DNA of 64,000 bases from assembly GCA_965213685.1 (NCBI GenBank), contig CBDBZY010000005.1:1-64000 (forward strand), in the 5' to 3' direction. The stretch is from a bacterium (lineage in GTDB: Bacteria > UBA8248). This document shows, in pieces, positions 1-9,544 of this stretch. A program made the position numbers and the translations under genes. Position 1 is the first letter of the stretch; each line of letters opens with the position of its first letter. The notes beneath the pieces were generated by a model. The model was not told where the DNA came from. It made no database searches and saw nothing but the letters and a program-made list of their open reading frames with translations.

Positions 1-47
1 AAAACCCCCTCGAGGTCGAACACGAAAGCCTTCTTGTCCTGGAACAT
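1..47 (-). CDS. HAD-superfamily hydrolase, N-terminus only (runs off window edge)
   Basis: ATG at 47 after a GAGGGG RBS; translates MFQDKKAFVFDLEGV, resembling HAD motif I (FDxDG); continues the minus-strand operon. Confidence 0.55.
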   Translation of the reverse strand, partial: MFQDKKAFVFDLEGV

Positions 48-61
48 GACGCCCCCTCAAA

Positions 62-1255
62 TCAAATCGCCTCGCGCTCTCTGAGCCGCCCGATTTCCGC
101 ATCGTCCAGACCCAGCACCTCGCGGAGCACCTCCCCGGTGTGCTCGCCCATCAGGGGAGGCGGCGAGGGGACGCCCCCCCACGTGCCCTCCATCTTCACC
201 GGCGTGTTGAACGTCCGCATCTGCCCGAGCCGCGGATGGACCATCTCCACCACCATCTCGCGCGCCCGCGCCTGCGGGTCGTTCAACGCCTCGTCAATCC
301 CCTGGATCGGCCCGCAGGGAACGCCGTGCGCCTCGATTTTCTCTATCCAGTGCGCCGCTGTGTTCGTCATGTACACCTCGGAGAGTTTCGCATCCACGTA
401 TTCGCGGTTCTCGAGCCGCGCCGGACGATCCCGCATCCGGGGGTCCTCCTTCCATTCCGGATGGCCCAGTGCGTCGCACAGGCTCTGGAAGAAATGATCC
501 AGAATCGCGTCCAGCACGAGCCACTTGCCGTCGCCGCACCGGTACGCGCCGATGGGAACGGCGGATGCGTGGCCCGTGCCCATCGGCCTGGCCACGTCGC
601 CCGCCGTGAGATAGTACTGTGCGCGGTAGCTGGAGAGATAGAGCTGGCAATCCAGGAGCGAGACGTCCACCTTCTGCCCGACGCCCGTTTTCTCGCGCTG
701 GTAGAGGGCCGCCAGAATCCCGTGGGCCACGAACAGGCCGCCGCCGATGTCTCCCATCGGCACGCCCAGGCGCACCGGCGGCCTGTCCGGCTCGCCGGTG
801 AAGCTCATGATGCCGCCGCGCCCCTGGATGATGAGGTCGAGGGCGGGCTTGTCCTTGTCGGGGCCGGTGAGTCCGTATCCGGTGACGGAGGCGCTGATGA
901 TGCGGGGGTTCACCCTCCGGAGCGTTTCATAGTCCGCGCCCAGCCGCTCCAGGACGCCCGGGCGATAGTTGTCGTAGACGACGTCCGAGCGCCTCACCAT
1001 CTCGCAAAAGACGCGGTAGCCCTCCTCGTTCTTGAGGTTCAGGAACATGCCGCGCTTGTTCCGGTTCAGGGCGATGAAATAGGCGCTCATCTCCCCCACG
1101 TAGTGGGGGGGCATCGTGCGAACGAGGTCGCCGCGGCCCGGTGCCTCTATCTTGATGACGTCCGCGCCCAAGTCGGCCAGCACCATGCTGCCGTAAGGGC
1201 CCGCGAGCAGGGCGGAGAGGTCGAGGATGCGCACTCCCTCCAGCGGCTTTCCCAC
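62..1255 (-). CDS. CaiB/BaiF family III CoA-transferase
   Basis: PLEGVRILDLS..LAGPYGSMVLADLGADVIKIE, NRNKR and C-terminal PPLMGEHT motifs. Confidence 0.93.
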   Translation of the reverse strand: MGKPLEGVRILDLSALLAGPYGSMVLADLGADVIKIEAPGRGDLVRTMPPHYVGEMSAYFIALNRNKRGMFLNLKNEEGYRVFCEMVRRSDVVYDNYRPGVLERLGADYETLRRVNPRIISASVTGYGLTGPDKDKPALDLIIQGRGGIMSFTGEPDRPPVRLGVPMGDIGGGLFVAHGILAALYQREKTGVGQKVDVSLLDCQLYLSSYRAQYYLTAGDVARPMGTGHASAVPIGAYRCGDGKWLVLDAILDHFFQSLCDALGHPEWKEDPRMRDRPARLENREYVDAKLSEVYMTNTAAHWIEKIEAHGVPCGPIQGIDEALNDPQARAREMVVEMVHPRLGQMRTFNTPVKMEGTWGGVPSPPPLMGEHTGEVLREVLGLDDAEIGRLREREAI

Positions 1256-1289
1256 AACCTCCCCCTCCTCCCCGAAAACGCGCCGCGGC

Positions 1290-1700
1290 TCAGGCGGCGG
1301 GGCCGTTCACGTTTTCGCGGATATACGAGACGACCTCCGCCATATCCGCATGATGGTGGAACACTTCCGCGACCCCGAGGGATTTCAGTTCCGCCACGTG
1401 ACGCCTCAGAATGTTCCCCCCCAAGATGACGAGGCAATCCCCCATGTCCGCCTCCCGCATCCTGGCCATGAGCCTGCGCACAAGCCCCATGTAGGCGCCC
1501 GAGAGCACGCTCAGACCCACCACGTCCACATTCTCCTGGGCCGCGACGGCCACGATCTGATCCGCCGTCTGCCGCAGACCCGAGTAGATGACCTCCATGC
1601 CGGCGTCCCGAAGGGCATGGATGATGACCTTCACGCCCCGATCGTGGCCGTCGAGGCCCGGCTTCGCCATCAGCACCCGTATGCGCCTGTCGCCGCTCAT
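1290..1700 (-). CDS. Cobalamin-binding small subunit of an acyl-CoA mutase
   Basis: KPGLDGHDRG (DxHxxG B12-binding), VGLSVLSG, LGG motifs. Confidence 0.92.
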   Translation of the reverse strand: MSGDRRIRVLMAKPGLDGHDRGVKVIIHALRDAGMEVIYSGLRQTADQIVAVAAQENVDVVGLSVLSGAYMGLVRRLMARMREADMGDCLVILGGNILRRHVAELKSLGVAEVFHHHADMAEVVSYIRENVNGPAA

Positions 1701-1803
1701 CGCACAACCGCCACGTCCGCCTCCCGCATCATTCCGCCGCCCCGGCCGAGGGGGAGGGGGAGGGGAGCGGCTCCTCGGCGCGCGGCGGGGCGGTGCGCGT
1801 CCG

Positions 1804-3462
1804 TCATCCCACCACCGACGGCTCCCTGTAGACGCCGAACACGCCGCGCATCACCTCCGTCATCTCTCCCACCGTGAGGCGCGCGCGCGCAGCCTCTAGC
1901 AGGCAAGGCAGCAGATTCTCCTTCGACTCGCACGCTTTTTGCAATTTTTCCAGCCAGGCGTCCGCCGCGCCCTGGTCGCGGGCGGCCTTCACCTCCGCGA
2001 GCCTCGCCTTTTGCCTCTCCAGGGTCGAATCATCCATCTCGTGGAGGCCTTCGCCCGCGCTCATGCGGTCGGCGGCCTCCTCGGAGGCGAACCTGTTCAC
2101 GCCCACCCAGGGCTGCGCCCCCGAGGCGATCCTTTTCTGGTGCTCATAGGCCTGGCGCGCCAGGAGCCTCTGAATCTCGCCGCTTTCGATGAACGGAACG
2201 ATTCCGCCGCGCGACTCGTAATCCTCAATGATGGCCTGAATCTCCTCCTCCACCTGATCGGTCACCGCCTCCAGCGCGAAGCTGCCGGCCAGCGGGTCCA
2301 CCGTGTCGGCCACGCCGCTTTCATGGGCGATCACCTGCTGAATCCGCAACGCCGTGCGGATGGACTCGTCCGAGGGAATCTCGAAAGCCTCGTCGAAGCA
2401 GGCCATGTTCACCGAGCGCGTGCCGCCCAGCACGGCGGCCAGCGTGAAGAGGGTCTGGCGGACGATGTTGTTGAGCGGCTCGCGCGCCGCCATGCGGCTC
2501 CCGCAATTTCCGGTCGAGAATCTCATCTGCATCGTCCTGGGGTTTTTCGCGCCGTATCTCTCCCGCATGAGGCGCGCCCATATCCGCCGCGCCGCCCGCA
2601 GCTTGCCGACGGACTCGAACAGGTTGAACGGCCCCACGCCGCCGCCGACGGAGAGGTGAAACGACATGGTGGGCACGAAATCATCGACGTGGAGGCCGCG
2701 CGCGGTCAGCTCTCGTATGTAGGCCAGGGCGTTCAGCATGGGGAACGCGACGTCTTGCGCGAGGGTGGCGCCGGTCTCCGCGATGTGGGTGGCGGACACG
2801 CTGATCGCGTTGACGCGCGGACAGCGCCTGGCGTTGTACTCGATGAGGTCGGCCACCAGGCGCATGGCGGGGCGGGGCGGGAATATCCAGGTGCCCCGGC
2901 CGATGTATTCCTTCAGCATGTCGTTCTGGAAGGTTCCGCGCAGCCTCTCCCGGGAGGCGCCCTGCCCCTCGGCGGCGAGGAGCCAGAACGCCTCGATGAT
3001 GGCGGCGGTGGAATTGATGGTGTGCGAGACGCTCACCCGCTCGAGCGGGATGCCCTCGAAAATAGCGGCCATGTCGTCGACGGTGTCCACGGCGACGCCG
3101 AGGCGTCCCACGTCGTCCTGCGCCTCCTCCGCATCGGAGTCGAGGCCCAGCTGCGTGGGCAGGTCGTAGGCCATCGAGAGGCCCGTCTGCCCGTTTTCGA
3201 GCAAAAACCGAAACCGCGCGTTGGTGTCGGCCGAGGTGGAAAAGCCCGCATACTGCCGCATCGTCCAGAGGGAGCCGCGATACATGGTGGGGTAAATGCC
3301 CCGGGTGTAGGGATACTCCCCCGGTGCTCCCACCTTCTCCCGGTATCGCGAAGAGGGCGCGTCCGGCCCGTAGAGCACGGGCACCGGCTTGCCCGAGTTG
3401 TAGGCCGCCTCGCGGAGGGGGGGCGCTTTTTTCGCGCCGTTTTTCCCGGCTTTCGCCATCAT
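1804..3462 (-). CDS. Methylmalonyl-CoA mutase-family large (substrate-binding) subunit
   Basis: PGEYPYTRGIYPTMY, WTMRQYAGF, GLSMAYDLPTQLG, QNDMLKEY, DPLAGS; start set at MMAKAG (ORF track extends upstream across the SDR gene). Confidence 0.92.
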   Translation of the reverse strand: MMAKAGKNGAKKAPPLREAAYNSGKPVPVLYGPDAPSSRYREKVGAPGEYPYTRGIYPTMYRGSLWTMRQYAGFSTSADTNARFRFLLENGQTGLSMAYDLPTQLGLDSDAEEAQDDVGRLGVAVDTVDDMAAIFEGIPLERVSVSHTINSTAAIIEAFWLLAAEGQGASRERLRGTFQNDMLKEYIGRGTWIFPPRPAMRLVADLIEYNARRCPRVNAISVSATHIAETGATLAQDVAFPMLNALAYIRELTARGLHVDDFVPTMSFHLSVGGGVGPFNLFESVGKLRAARRIWARLMRERYGAKNPRTMQMRFSTGNCGSRMAAREPLNNIVRQTLFTLAAVLGGTRSVNMACFDEAFEIPSDESIRTALRIQQVIAHESGVADTVDPLAGSFALEAVTDQVEEEIQAIIEDYESRGGIVPFIESGEIQRLLARQAYEHQKRIASGAQPWVGVNRFASEEAADRMSAGEGLHEMDDSTLERQKARLAEVKAARDQGAADAWLEKLQKACESKENLLPCLLEAARARLTVGEMTEVMRGVFGVYREPSVVG

Positions 3463-3654
3463 GCGCCCCTGGCCCCGCGCTCGAAAAACCACGCGCGCGC
3501 GGGAGTGAAAAGGAGAGGAGAAGCACTTTCCCATGTTCCTATGAAGTATCACACTCTCCCCGAAAGGCCAACGAGAAGGCCGGGGGCCATTGACCCGGGG
3601 GGGCGCCACGGAGAGAATCGGAGCGACGCCACATCCCGAAAGGAGAACCCACAC

Positions 3655-4434
3655 ATGAGCCAATCCCTTTTCGATCTGAGCGGAGCGCAGGCGCTCGTGA
3701 CGGGCGCTGCGCGCGGCATCGGGCGGACGCTGGCCGAGGGTCTGGCCGCAGCCGGTGCGGACGTCGCCATCGCGGACATCGACCTGGAGCCCGCCCGAGA
3801 GGCGAGAGAAGCCATCGAGAGCATGGGCCGCAAGTGCGCGCTCATCCCAGCCGACGTCACCGACACGGCCTCCGCCGAGCGCATGGTGGAGGAGGCGGCC
3901 CGCGCACTGGGTGGCCTCACCGTGCTGGTGAACAACGCGGGCACGAACGTGCGAAAAAAACTCGACGAGGTGACCGAGGCGGACTGGGACAAGGTGCTCG
4001 ACCTGAATCTCAAGAGCATCTTCTTCCTCACGCGGCGCGCGGGCGAGGAGATGAAAAAGGCGGGCGGCGGCAAGGTGATCAACATCGCCTCGCTGATGGG
4101 CTGGTCGGTCTTCCGAAACCCGCGCGGCCAGACCTACGGACCCTACACCTCCTCGAAGAGCGGCCTCATCGGCCTCACCCGCGTCTTCGCCTCCGAGTGG
4201 GCGCGGGAGAACATTCAGGTGAACGCCATCTGTCCCACCTTCATCGAAACGCCGCTCACCGCAGCCCTCAAGGAAGACGCGCTCGTCCACGACGCCATCT
4301 GCGCCAGGACGCCCATGGGCCGCTTCGGGCGGATGGACGAGCTGGTGGGGCCGGCCGTCTTCCTGGCCTCCCGCGCCAGCAGCCTGGTCACCGGCGCGTC
4401 GCTCCTCGTGGACGGCGGGTGGTATGCCACCTGA
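3655..4434 (+). CDS. SDR family oxidoreductase (gluconate 5-dehydrogenase/KduD-like)
   Basis: AGGAG RBS; TGAARGIG, NNAG, YTSSK catalytic motif, VDGG end. Confidence 0.92.
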   Translation: MSQSLFDLSGAQALVTGAARGIGRTLAEGLAAAGADVAIADIDLEPAREAREAIESMGRKCALIPADVTDTASAERMVEEAARALGGLTVLVNNAGTNVRKKLDEVTEADWDKVLDLNLKSIFFLTRRAGEEMKKAGGGKVINIASLMGWSVFRNPRGQTYGPYTSSKSGLIGLTRVFASEWARENIQVNAICPTFIETPLTAALKEDALVHDAICARTPMGRFGRMDELVGPAVFLASRASSLVTGASLLVDGGWYAT

Positions 4435-5677
4435 GGACGGCAGGCGCGCGCTCGTGCTGATGACGACGGCGACCTATCGCGCCTCCGCCTACGTGGCGGC
4501 GGCCGAGGAGATGGGCCTCCGCCTCACGGTCGGAACCGACAGGCCGGACCTGCTCGCCGGGCTGAACCCCGGCGCCTCCATCACCCTCGACTACAGCCGG
4601 CCGGAGGCGGGCGCCGCCCGGGTGGAGGCGTTCGCCAAAACGTTTCCCATCGACGCCATCGCCCCGGTGGATGACGACACCCTCCTCCTGGGCGCCATGG
4701 CGGCGGAAGCCCTGGGCCTGCCCTATCACCCCGTGGAGGCCGCCCGCTCCACGCGAAGCAAGTATGAGCTGCGCAAGACGCTCGCCGAGGAGGGGCTGCC
4801 CTCGCCCGCGTTTCGCCTGGTGTCCGCGCAGGAGGCGCCGGAGAGAATCTCGGCGGGCATCCGGTATCCCTGCGTGCTGAAACCCACCTTCCTGGCTGGC
4901 AGCCGGGGCGTGATTCGGGCGAACGACGAGCGGGAGTTCGCCGACGCCTACCGCCGCATCGGCGCCATCCTGCGCGCACCCGACGCCATCGCCCGGGGGG
5001 GCGAGGAGGCGGGGATGATCCTGGTGGAGGACTACATGGAGGGCGTCGAGGCGGCCGTGGAGGGGCTGGTCGTGCGGGGGGAGGCGCACGTTCTCGCCAT
5101 CTTCGACAAGCCGGACCCGCTCGAGGGGCCCTTCTTCGAGGAGACGATATACGTCACGCCCTCGAGGCTGCCGGAGGAGACCCAGGCGCGGATTCGGGAG
5201 GAAACCGTCCGCGTGGCGCGAGCCGTTCGCCTGCGCGAGGGCCCGCTTCACGCCGAGTGGAGAATCAACGACGCGGGCGAGGTGCGGGCACTGGACGTGG
5301 CGAGCCGATCCATCGGCGGGAAATGCTCGTGCGCCCTGGCGTTCGGGGAGGGCGCCACGCTCGAGCGCCTCATCCTCTCGCAGGCACTGGGCGTAGCGCC
5401 TCCCTCCATCGAGCGGGAGGAGAGCGCCTCGGGCGTCATGATGATTCCCATACCCGCCGCCGGCCTCCTCCGGCGCGTCGAGGGGAGGGAGGACGCCCTG
5501 GCCGTGCCCGGCGTCGAGGCGGTCGACATATCGATCCCCATCGGCGGGCGCGTGGTGCCGCTGCCCGAAGGAGAGCGGTACCTGGGCTTCATCTTCGCCA
5601 AGGGGCGGCGGCCGGAGGCGGTGGAGGCGGCACTGCGCGCGGCCCACGGGAAGCTCGCGTTCGAAATCGGGGAATAG
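4424..5677 (+). CDS. ATP-grasp domain protein
   Basis: RSKYELR, YPCVLKP..AGSRGV, LVEDYMEG, GPLHAEWR. Confidence 0.85.
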   Translation: MPPEDGRRALVLMTTATYRASAYVAAAEEMGLRLTVGTDRPDLLAGLNPGASITLDYSRPEAGAARVEAFAKTFPIDAIAPVDDDTLLLGAMAAEALGLPYHPVEAARSTRSKYELRKTLAEEGLPSPAFRLVSAQEAPERISAGIRYPCVLKPTFLAGSRGVIRANDEREFADAYRRIGAILRAPDAIARGGEEAGMILVEDYMEGVEAAVEGLVVRGEAHVLAIFDKPDPLEGPFFEETIYVTPSRLPEETQARIREETVRVARAVRLREGPLHAEWRINDAGEVRALDVASRSIGGKCSCALAFGEGATLERLILSQALGVAPPSIEREESASGVMMIPIPAAGLLRRVEGREDALAVPGVEAVDISIPIGGRVVPLPEGERYLGFIFAKGRRPEAVEAALRAAHGKLAFEIGE

Positions 5678-5748
5678 GGGGGGAACGCAAAAAGGGCCGA
5701 CCCCGGATGGCCGACCCTTTCCTCCACCACCGCGCCGAAACGCGAAAA

Positions 5749-6297
5749 CTATTTTCTCGTAGGCGCGTAGTAGGGGTTCGTGCCCGATGCGTGGTCCGTC
5801 GTGTCGATCACCCGAATCTCCGGGTCGAGCTGCTGGAGGCGCGCCTCGACGCCCGACTTGAGCGTCACGTCCGCCATGCCGCAGCCCGCGCAGCCCCCGC
5901 CCATCTGGACGAACACGCGCTTCTCCTCCACGTCGAGCAGGTTGATGACGCCGCCGTGAGACGCCACGGCCGGGTTGATCTCCGTGTCGATGATCTCCTG
6001 AATCTGATCCAGCAGGGACGTTTCGCCCTCCGACATCTCGCGCGTCACCTTGAACCCGCTCGTGGGGCCCTCGGTCACGAATTCGATATGGGCCGCCTCC
6101 GCTCTCGAGAGGTGCTCGGGGGAGGCGTAGATGCCCAGCAACGGATTCTCCACCCGGACGTATTGCGCCGCGTCCCCATCCTTCACCAGGTCAAGCTTGT
6201 AGCCGCCCTCAAAGCTGATGAGAATTCCGGCGAACCCGCCGCCGTTCTGCTCCATGATTTCCCTGACCTTCTCCGCCGCCGCTTCGGTTATCCGCAT
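5749..6297 (-). CDS. nfuA: NfuA/NifU-like Fe-S cluster carrier
   Basis: INPAVASHGG, GGGCAGC (CxxC), DTTDHASGTNPYY terminus typical of NfuA. Confidence 0.85.
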   Translation of the reverse strand: MRITEAAAEKVREIMEQNGGGFAGILISFEGGYKLDLVKDGDAAQYVRVENPLLGIYASPEHLSRAEAAHIEFVTEGPTSGFKVTREMSEGETSLLDQIQEIIDTEINPAVASHGGVINLLDVEEKRVFVQMGGGCAGCGMADVTLKSGVEARLQQLDPEIRVIDTTDHASGTNPYYAPTRK

Positions 6298-6431
6298 GGC
6301 CTCGACTCCATAAGGGTTTGTTGTGGTTCATCATGCGCACACTATCGCAATCTCCGCGAACGGGTCCAGCATATCACGGAGGAAAGAAAAGACAACCGCG
6401 AGAAAAAGCGCCCGGGCGGGGAGAGGCCGCG

Positions 6432-7340
6432 CTACAGCGGCGTGCGCTCCTTCAGATCCTCTGCCGTGACGTCCCCCGTATAGACATAGCCCGTCTCCTC
6501 CACGCTGCCGCTTCCGATGTAGACGCCCACCGCCTCGATGGGCTCGGTGTCGCTCAGGTTGTGGAGCCAGTGCTCCACCCCCCTGGGGATGTAGTGAAAA
6601 TGGCCGCCGCGCACCTCGACGCGATCCGCCCCCGCCCCCGCCAGGCCGTGGCCGCTGATGATGTAGTATATCTCCTCGCAATTCTCGTGCCTGTGTTTCT
6701 TGTGCACGGCACCAGGGAAGAACCGCGCCCGAAACAGCGTCGTCCCGCTGCCGTTGTGCGCTCCCAGGGGAAGCCGGAAATCGGTGATCGACCAGCCCTC
6801 CTCCTCGTTCATGTTCTCGCGCGGCACGTCGTCGAGATGCACCAGGACGCCCTCGGTCAGGCCCGCGCGCGGCGCTTGGAGGTCTGCGGGGGTCACCTCG
6901 CCGCAAAACCGGTAGCCCGTGGCCTCGACGCTCGGCGCACCGAGATAGAACCCGACCACCACCGCCTCCTCATCCTCCGTCTCGTTGTAGAAGAAATGCG
7001 TCGAGCCCCTGGGCATGAGGCGGCAATGGCCCGCGCGCACGTCGGCGCGCTGGTCGCCCTGGCCGACCACGCCGTTTCCCTGGAGATAGACCGCGATTTC
7101 CGCACACTCCGCGTGCAGGTGCTTCGCGTGCGTGGAACCGGGCCGGAAGATGGAGTGAAAGACGGTCGTGGAGCTTCCGTGCGCCCCGGTGATGGGCAGG
7201 CGAAACTCCGAGATCGCCCACCCTTCTTTCTCCTCCATCCTCTCCGGGGCGACGTCCTCCACATGTATCAGGGGATGCTGAAGCGTCATCGGCGCCTTCC
7301 TCGCAAAATGGTAAATGGTCGTTTGATTCTCCTCCGCCAT
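6432..7340 (-). CDS. Bicupin (two cupin domains)
   Basis: Two H-x-H...E...GxG...H cupin motifs (HAKHLHAECAE; HKKHRHENCEE). Confidence 0.85.
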   Translation of the reverse strand: MAEENQTTIYHFARKAPMTLQHPLIHVEDVAPERMEEKEGWAISEFRLPITGAHGSSTTVFHSIFRPGSTHAKHLHAECAEIAVYLQGNGVVGQGDQRADVRAGHCRLMPRGSTHFFYNETEDEEAVVVGFYLGAPSVEATGYRFCGEVTPADLQAPRAGLTEGVLVHLDDVPRENMNEEEGWSITDFRLPLGAHNGSGTTLFRARFFPGAVHKKHRHENCEEIYYIISGHGLAGAGADRVEVRGGHFHYIPRGVEHWLHNLSDTEPIEAVGVYIGSGSVEETGYVYTGDVTAEDLKERTPL

Positions 7341-7384
7341 CGGGCGCGGCGGCCTCTCTGAGGACGACGCGCCCGGCGGAGCCG

Positions 7385-8257
7385 CTATTCGATTTTGCCC
7401 GTTCTCTCTTTCAGGTCATCGGCGGTCACCGGCCCCAGATACTCGAAGCCGCTCTCATCGAGTCCGCCCACGCCGATGTACCAGCCGGGTGCGCACAGAT
7501 CCTCCGTGTCGCTGATGTTGGCGAGCCAGTGCTCCGTGGCGGCGGGGATGTAGTGCACGTCTCCGGCGAACACCTCCGCGCGATCGCCGCCCACGCCGGC
7601 GAGGCCGTGGCCCTTCAGGATGTAGCATATCTCCTCGCAACGGTTGTGGCGGTGCTTCATGTGCACGGTGTGCGGGCCGAAGTAGCCCTGCATCCAGCAC
7701 GACCCCGCGCCGTGGCTCCGGTTCAGGGGCTCGTTGAAATAATCCTGCGTCCAGCCCTCCTCCCGCGACACCTTGACGAGGGGGACGGCGTCGTTGTGCA
7801 CGAGGGGATATTCCAGGTCTTCCGTCCGAAGCGTGCGCGGAGCGGCGAGGTCGGCGGCCTCCACGGCGCCCAGATAGACGTGGCCGGTGTCCTGGAGGCG
7901 GGCGACGCGATCGTAGAACCCGATGATGACGAGCGGGTCGTGCCGGCCGAGATTCACGAGCCAGTGCTCCACCCCTCTGGGAATGTAGTGAAAGTGGCCC
8001 GGATGCACCTCGACGCGATCCGCCCCCGCCCCCGCCAGGCCGTGGCCGCTGACGACGTGGTACTGCATGTCGCAGTTCTCGTAGCGGTGCTTGTGGTGGC
8101 GATCCCCGGGCCGCAGGGCGGCGTGGTACATGATGGAGGAGCAGCCCTCCTTTCCGCTGATGATCACCCGGAAATCGGAGATCGCCCAACCCTCGCGCTC
8201 GTCCAGCTTCTCGGGCGTCACGCTCGCGATGCGGACGTAGGGATGTTCCAAAGCCAT
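7385..8257 (-). CDS. Bicupin, paralog of neighbouring gene
   Basis: Two cupin motifs (HHKHRYENCD; HMKHRHNRCEE); clear similarity to 6432-7340. Confidence 0.85.
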   Translation of the reverse strand: MALEHPYVRIASVTPEKLDEREGWAISDFRVIISGKEGCSSIMYHAALRPGDRHHKHRYENCDMQYHVVSGHGLAGAGADRVEVHPGHFHYIPRGVEHWLVNLGRHDPLVIIGFYDRVARLQDTGHVYLGAVEAADLAAPRTLRTEDLEYPLVHNDAVPLVKVSREEGWTQDYFNEPLNRSHGAGSCWMQGYFGPHTVHMKHRHNRCEEICYILKGHGLAGVGGDRAEVFAGDVHYIPAATEHWLANISDTEDLCAPGWYIGVGGLDESGFEYLGPVTADDLKERTGKIE

Positions 8258-8315
8258 GGCGGTCTCCTCAGTCTTTTGCGGATGAGCGCGCGAACGCCCC
8301 CCGGGCGGCCGGACC

Positions 8316-9344
8316 TCAACTTTCGATGTCGATCACCGCCCGAAGCGTGCCGCCGTCTCCGCCCGCCTCGATAAACTCGAAACCCCTCTGAATCTCGTCG
8401 AGCGTGAAGTGGTGGGTGACGAGGGGCTCCAGGTCGATCCGCCCGGTCGAGACCAGGCGGATGGCGCGCTCGAAATCTTCCGGCAACCCGGCGCGCGAAC
8501 CGATGACGGTTAAATCCTTGAAATAATAGGCCTGGCCCGGCACCCCGTCCACCCGGGCCGGGCCGATGCCGAACTGCAGGATGACGCCGCCCGGGCGCAC
8601 CATCTCGTAGGCCTGCGTCATGGTCTGGGCGGTGCCGGCCGTCTCGATCACCACGTCGGCGCCGAGGCCGCCCGTGAGGTCGCGCACGGCCTCCACCGGG
8701 TCCGCCTCGCCGGCGGGCACGATCTCATCGGCGCCCATCTTTCGGGCCACCTCGAGCTTCCACCTGCTTCTGGTCACGGCGATGACGGATTCCGCCCCCG
8801 ACGCCCTGGCCAGCTGGGTATGGAGCAGGCCGCTACTCCCCTGTCCCAGGATGGCCACCCGCCCGCCCGGGATGTAGGGCGCTTTCCTCTGGCTGTAGAC
8901 GACCGTGTAGAGGCCCACGAAATTCGTCGCCGCGGCGAAGCTCACGCGCTCAGGGAAGGCGAACGCCTCCGTCTCCCGCACGGAGACGTACTCGGCGAAG
9001 GTCCCCGGCACCTCCCGCCCCCGCAGCCCGCCGTGCAGACAAATGTTCGTCAGCCCGCGCACGCAGTAGAAGCACGTCCCGCAGCTGGCGAGCGGATTCA
9101 GCACCACCCGATCGCCCGTCTCGAGGCGCGTGACGCCCACACCTGCGCGCACCACCGTGCCGGTGCACTCGTGCCCGGGAACCAGGGGAATCCGCGCGGG
9201 CATCTTTCCCGCCCAGATGGACACGTCGGTACCGCATATCGCGGACGTGGCCACCCGCACCAGCACATGGTCGGCGGGCAGGTCGGGGTCCGGCCGCTCG
9301 CCCACGCTCATCGCCCGCGTTTTCTCCAGCAAAGCCGCTTTCAT
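8316..9344 (-). CDS. Zinc-dependent medium-chain alcohol dehydrogenase
   Basis: ICGTD, GHE, structural Zn CxxCxxC...C, GQGSSG Rossmann; start MKAALLE. Confidence 0.92.
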   Translation of the reverse strand: MKAALLEKTRAMSVGERPDPDLPADHVLVRVATSAICGTDVSIWAGKMPARIPLVPGHECTGTVVRAGVGVTRLETGDRVVLNPLASCGTCFYCVRGLTNICLHGGLRGREVPGTFAEYVSVRETEAFAFPERVSFAAATNFVGLYTVVYSQRKAPYIPGGRVAILGQGSSGLLHTQLARASGAESVIAVTRSRWKLEVARKMGADEIVPAGEADPVEAVRDLTGGLGADVVIETAGTAQTMTQAYEMVRPGGVILQFGIGPARVDGVPGQAYYFKDLTVIGSRAGLPEDFERAIRLVSTGRIDLEPLVTHHFTLDEIQRGFEFIEAGGDGGTLRAVIDIES

Positions 9345-9544
9345 GAGATTCTCCGTTGGAGGGGGGGGACTGCATACGCTCCGGGGAAACGGGAGATCGC
9401 CTCTCCCGGAGGATACGGCATCGAGGCGCGCGGGAAAAGCGCAACCCGGGGGGAGCGAGAGAAATATCCGCGCCTCCTCCCCCCCCACCACCGAACGCGC
9501 CGCCAGAGTCCGGGCGCCGGCTGCGGGAAAAGCGCCCCCCCTAC

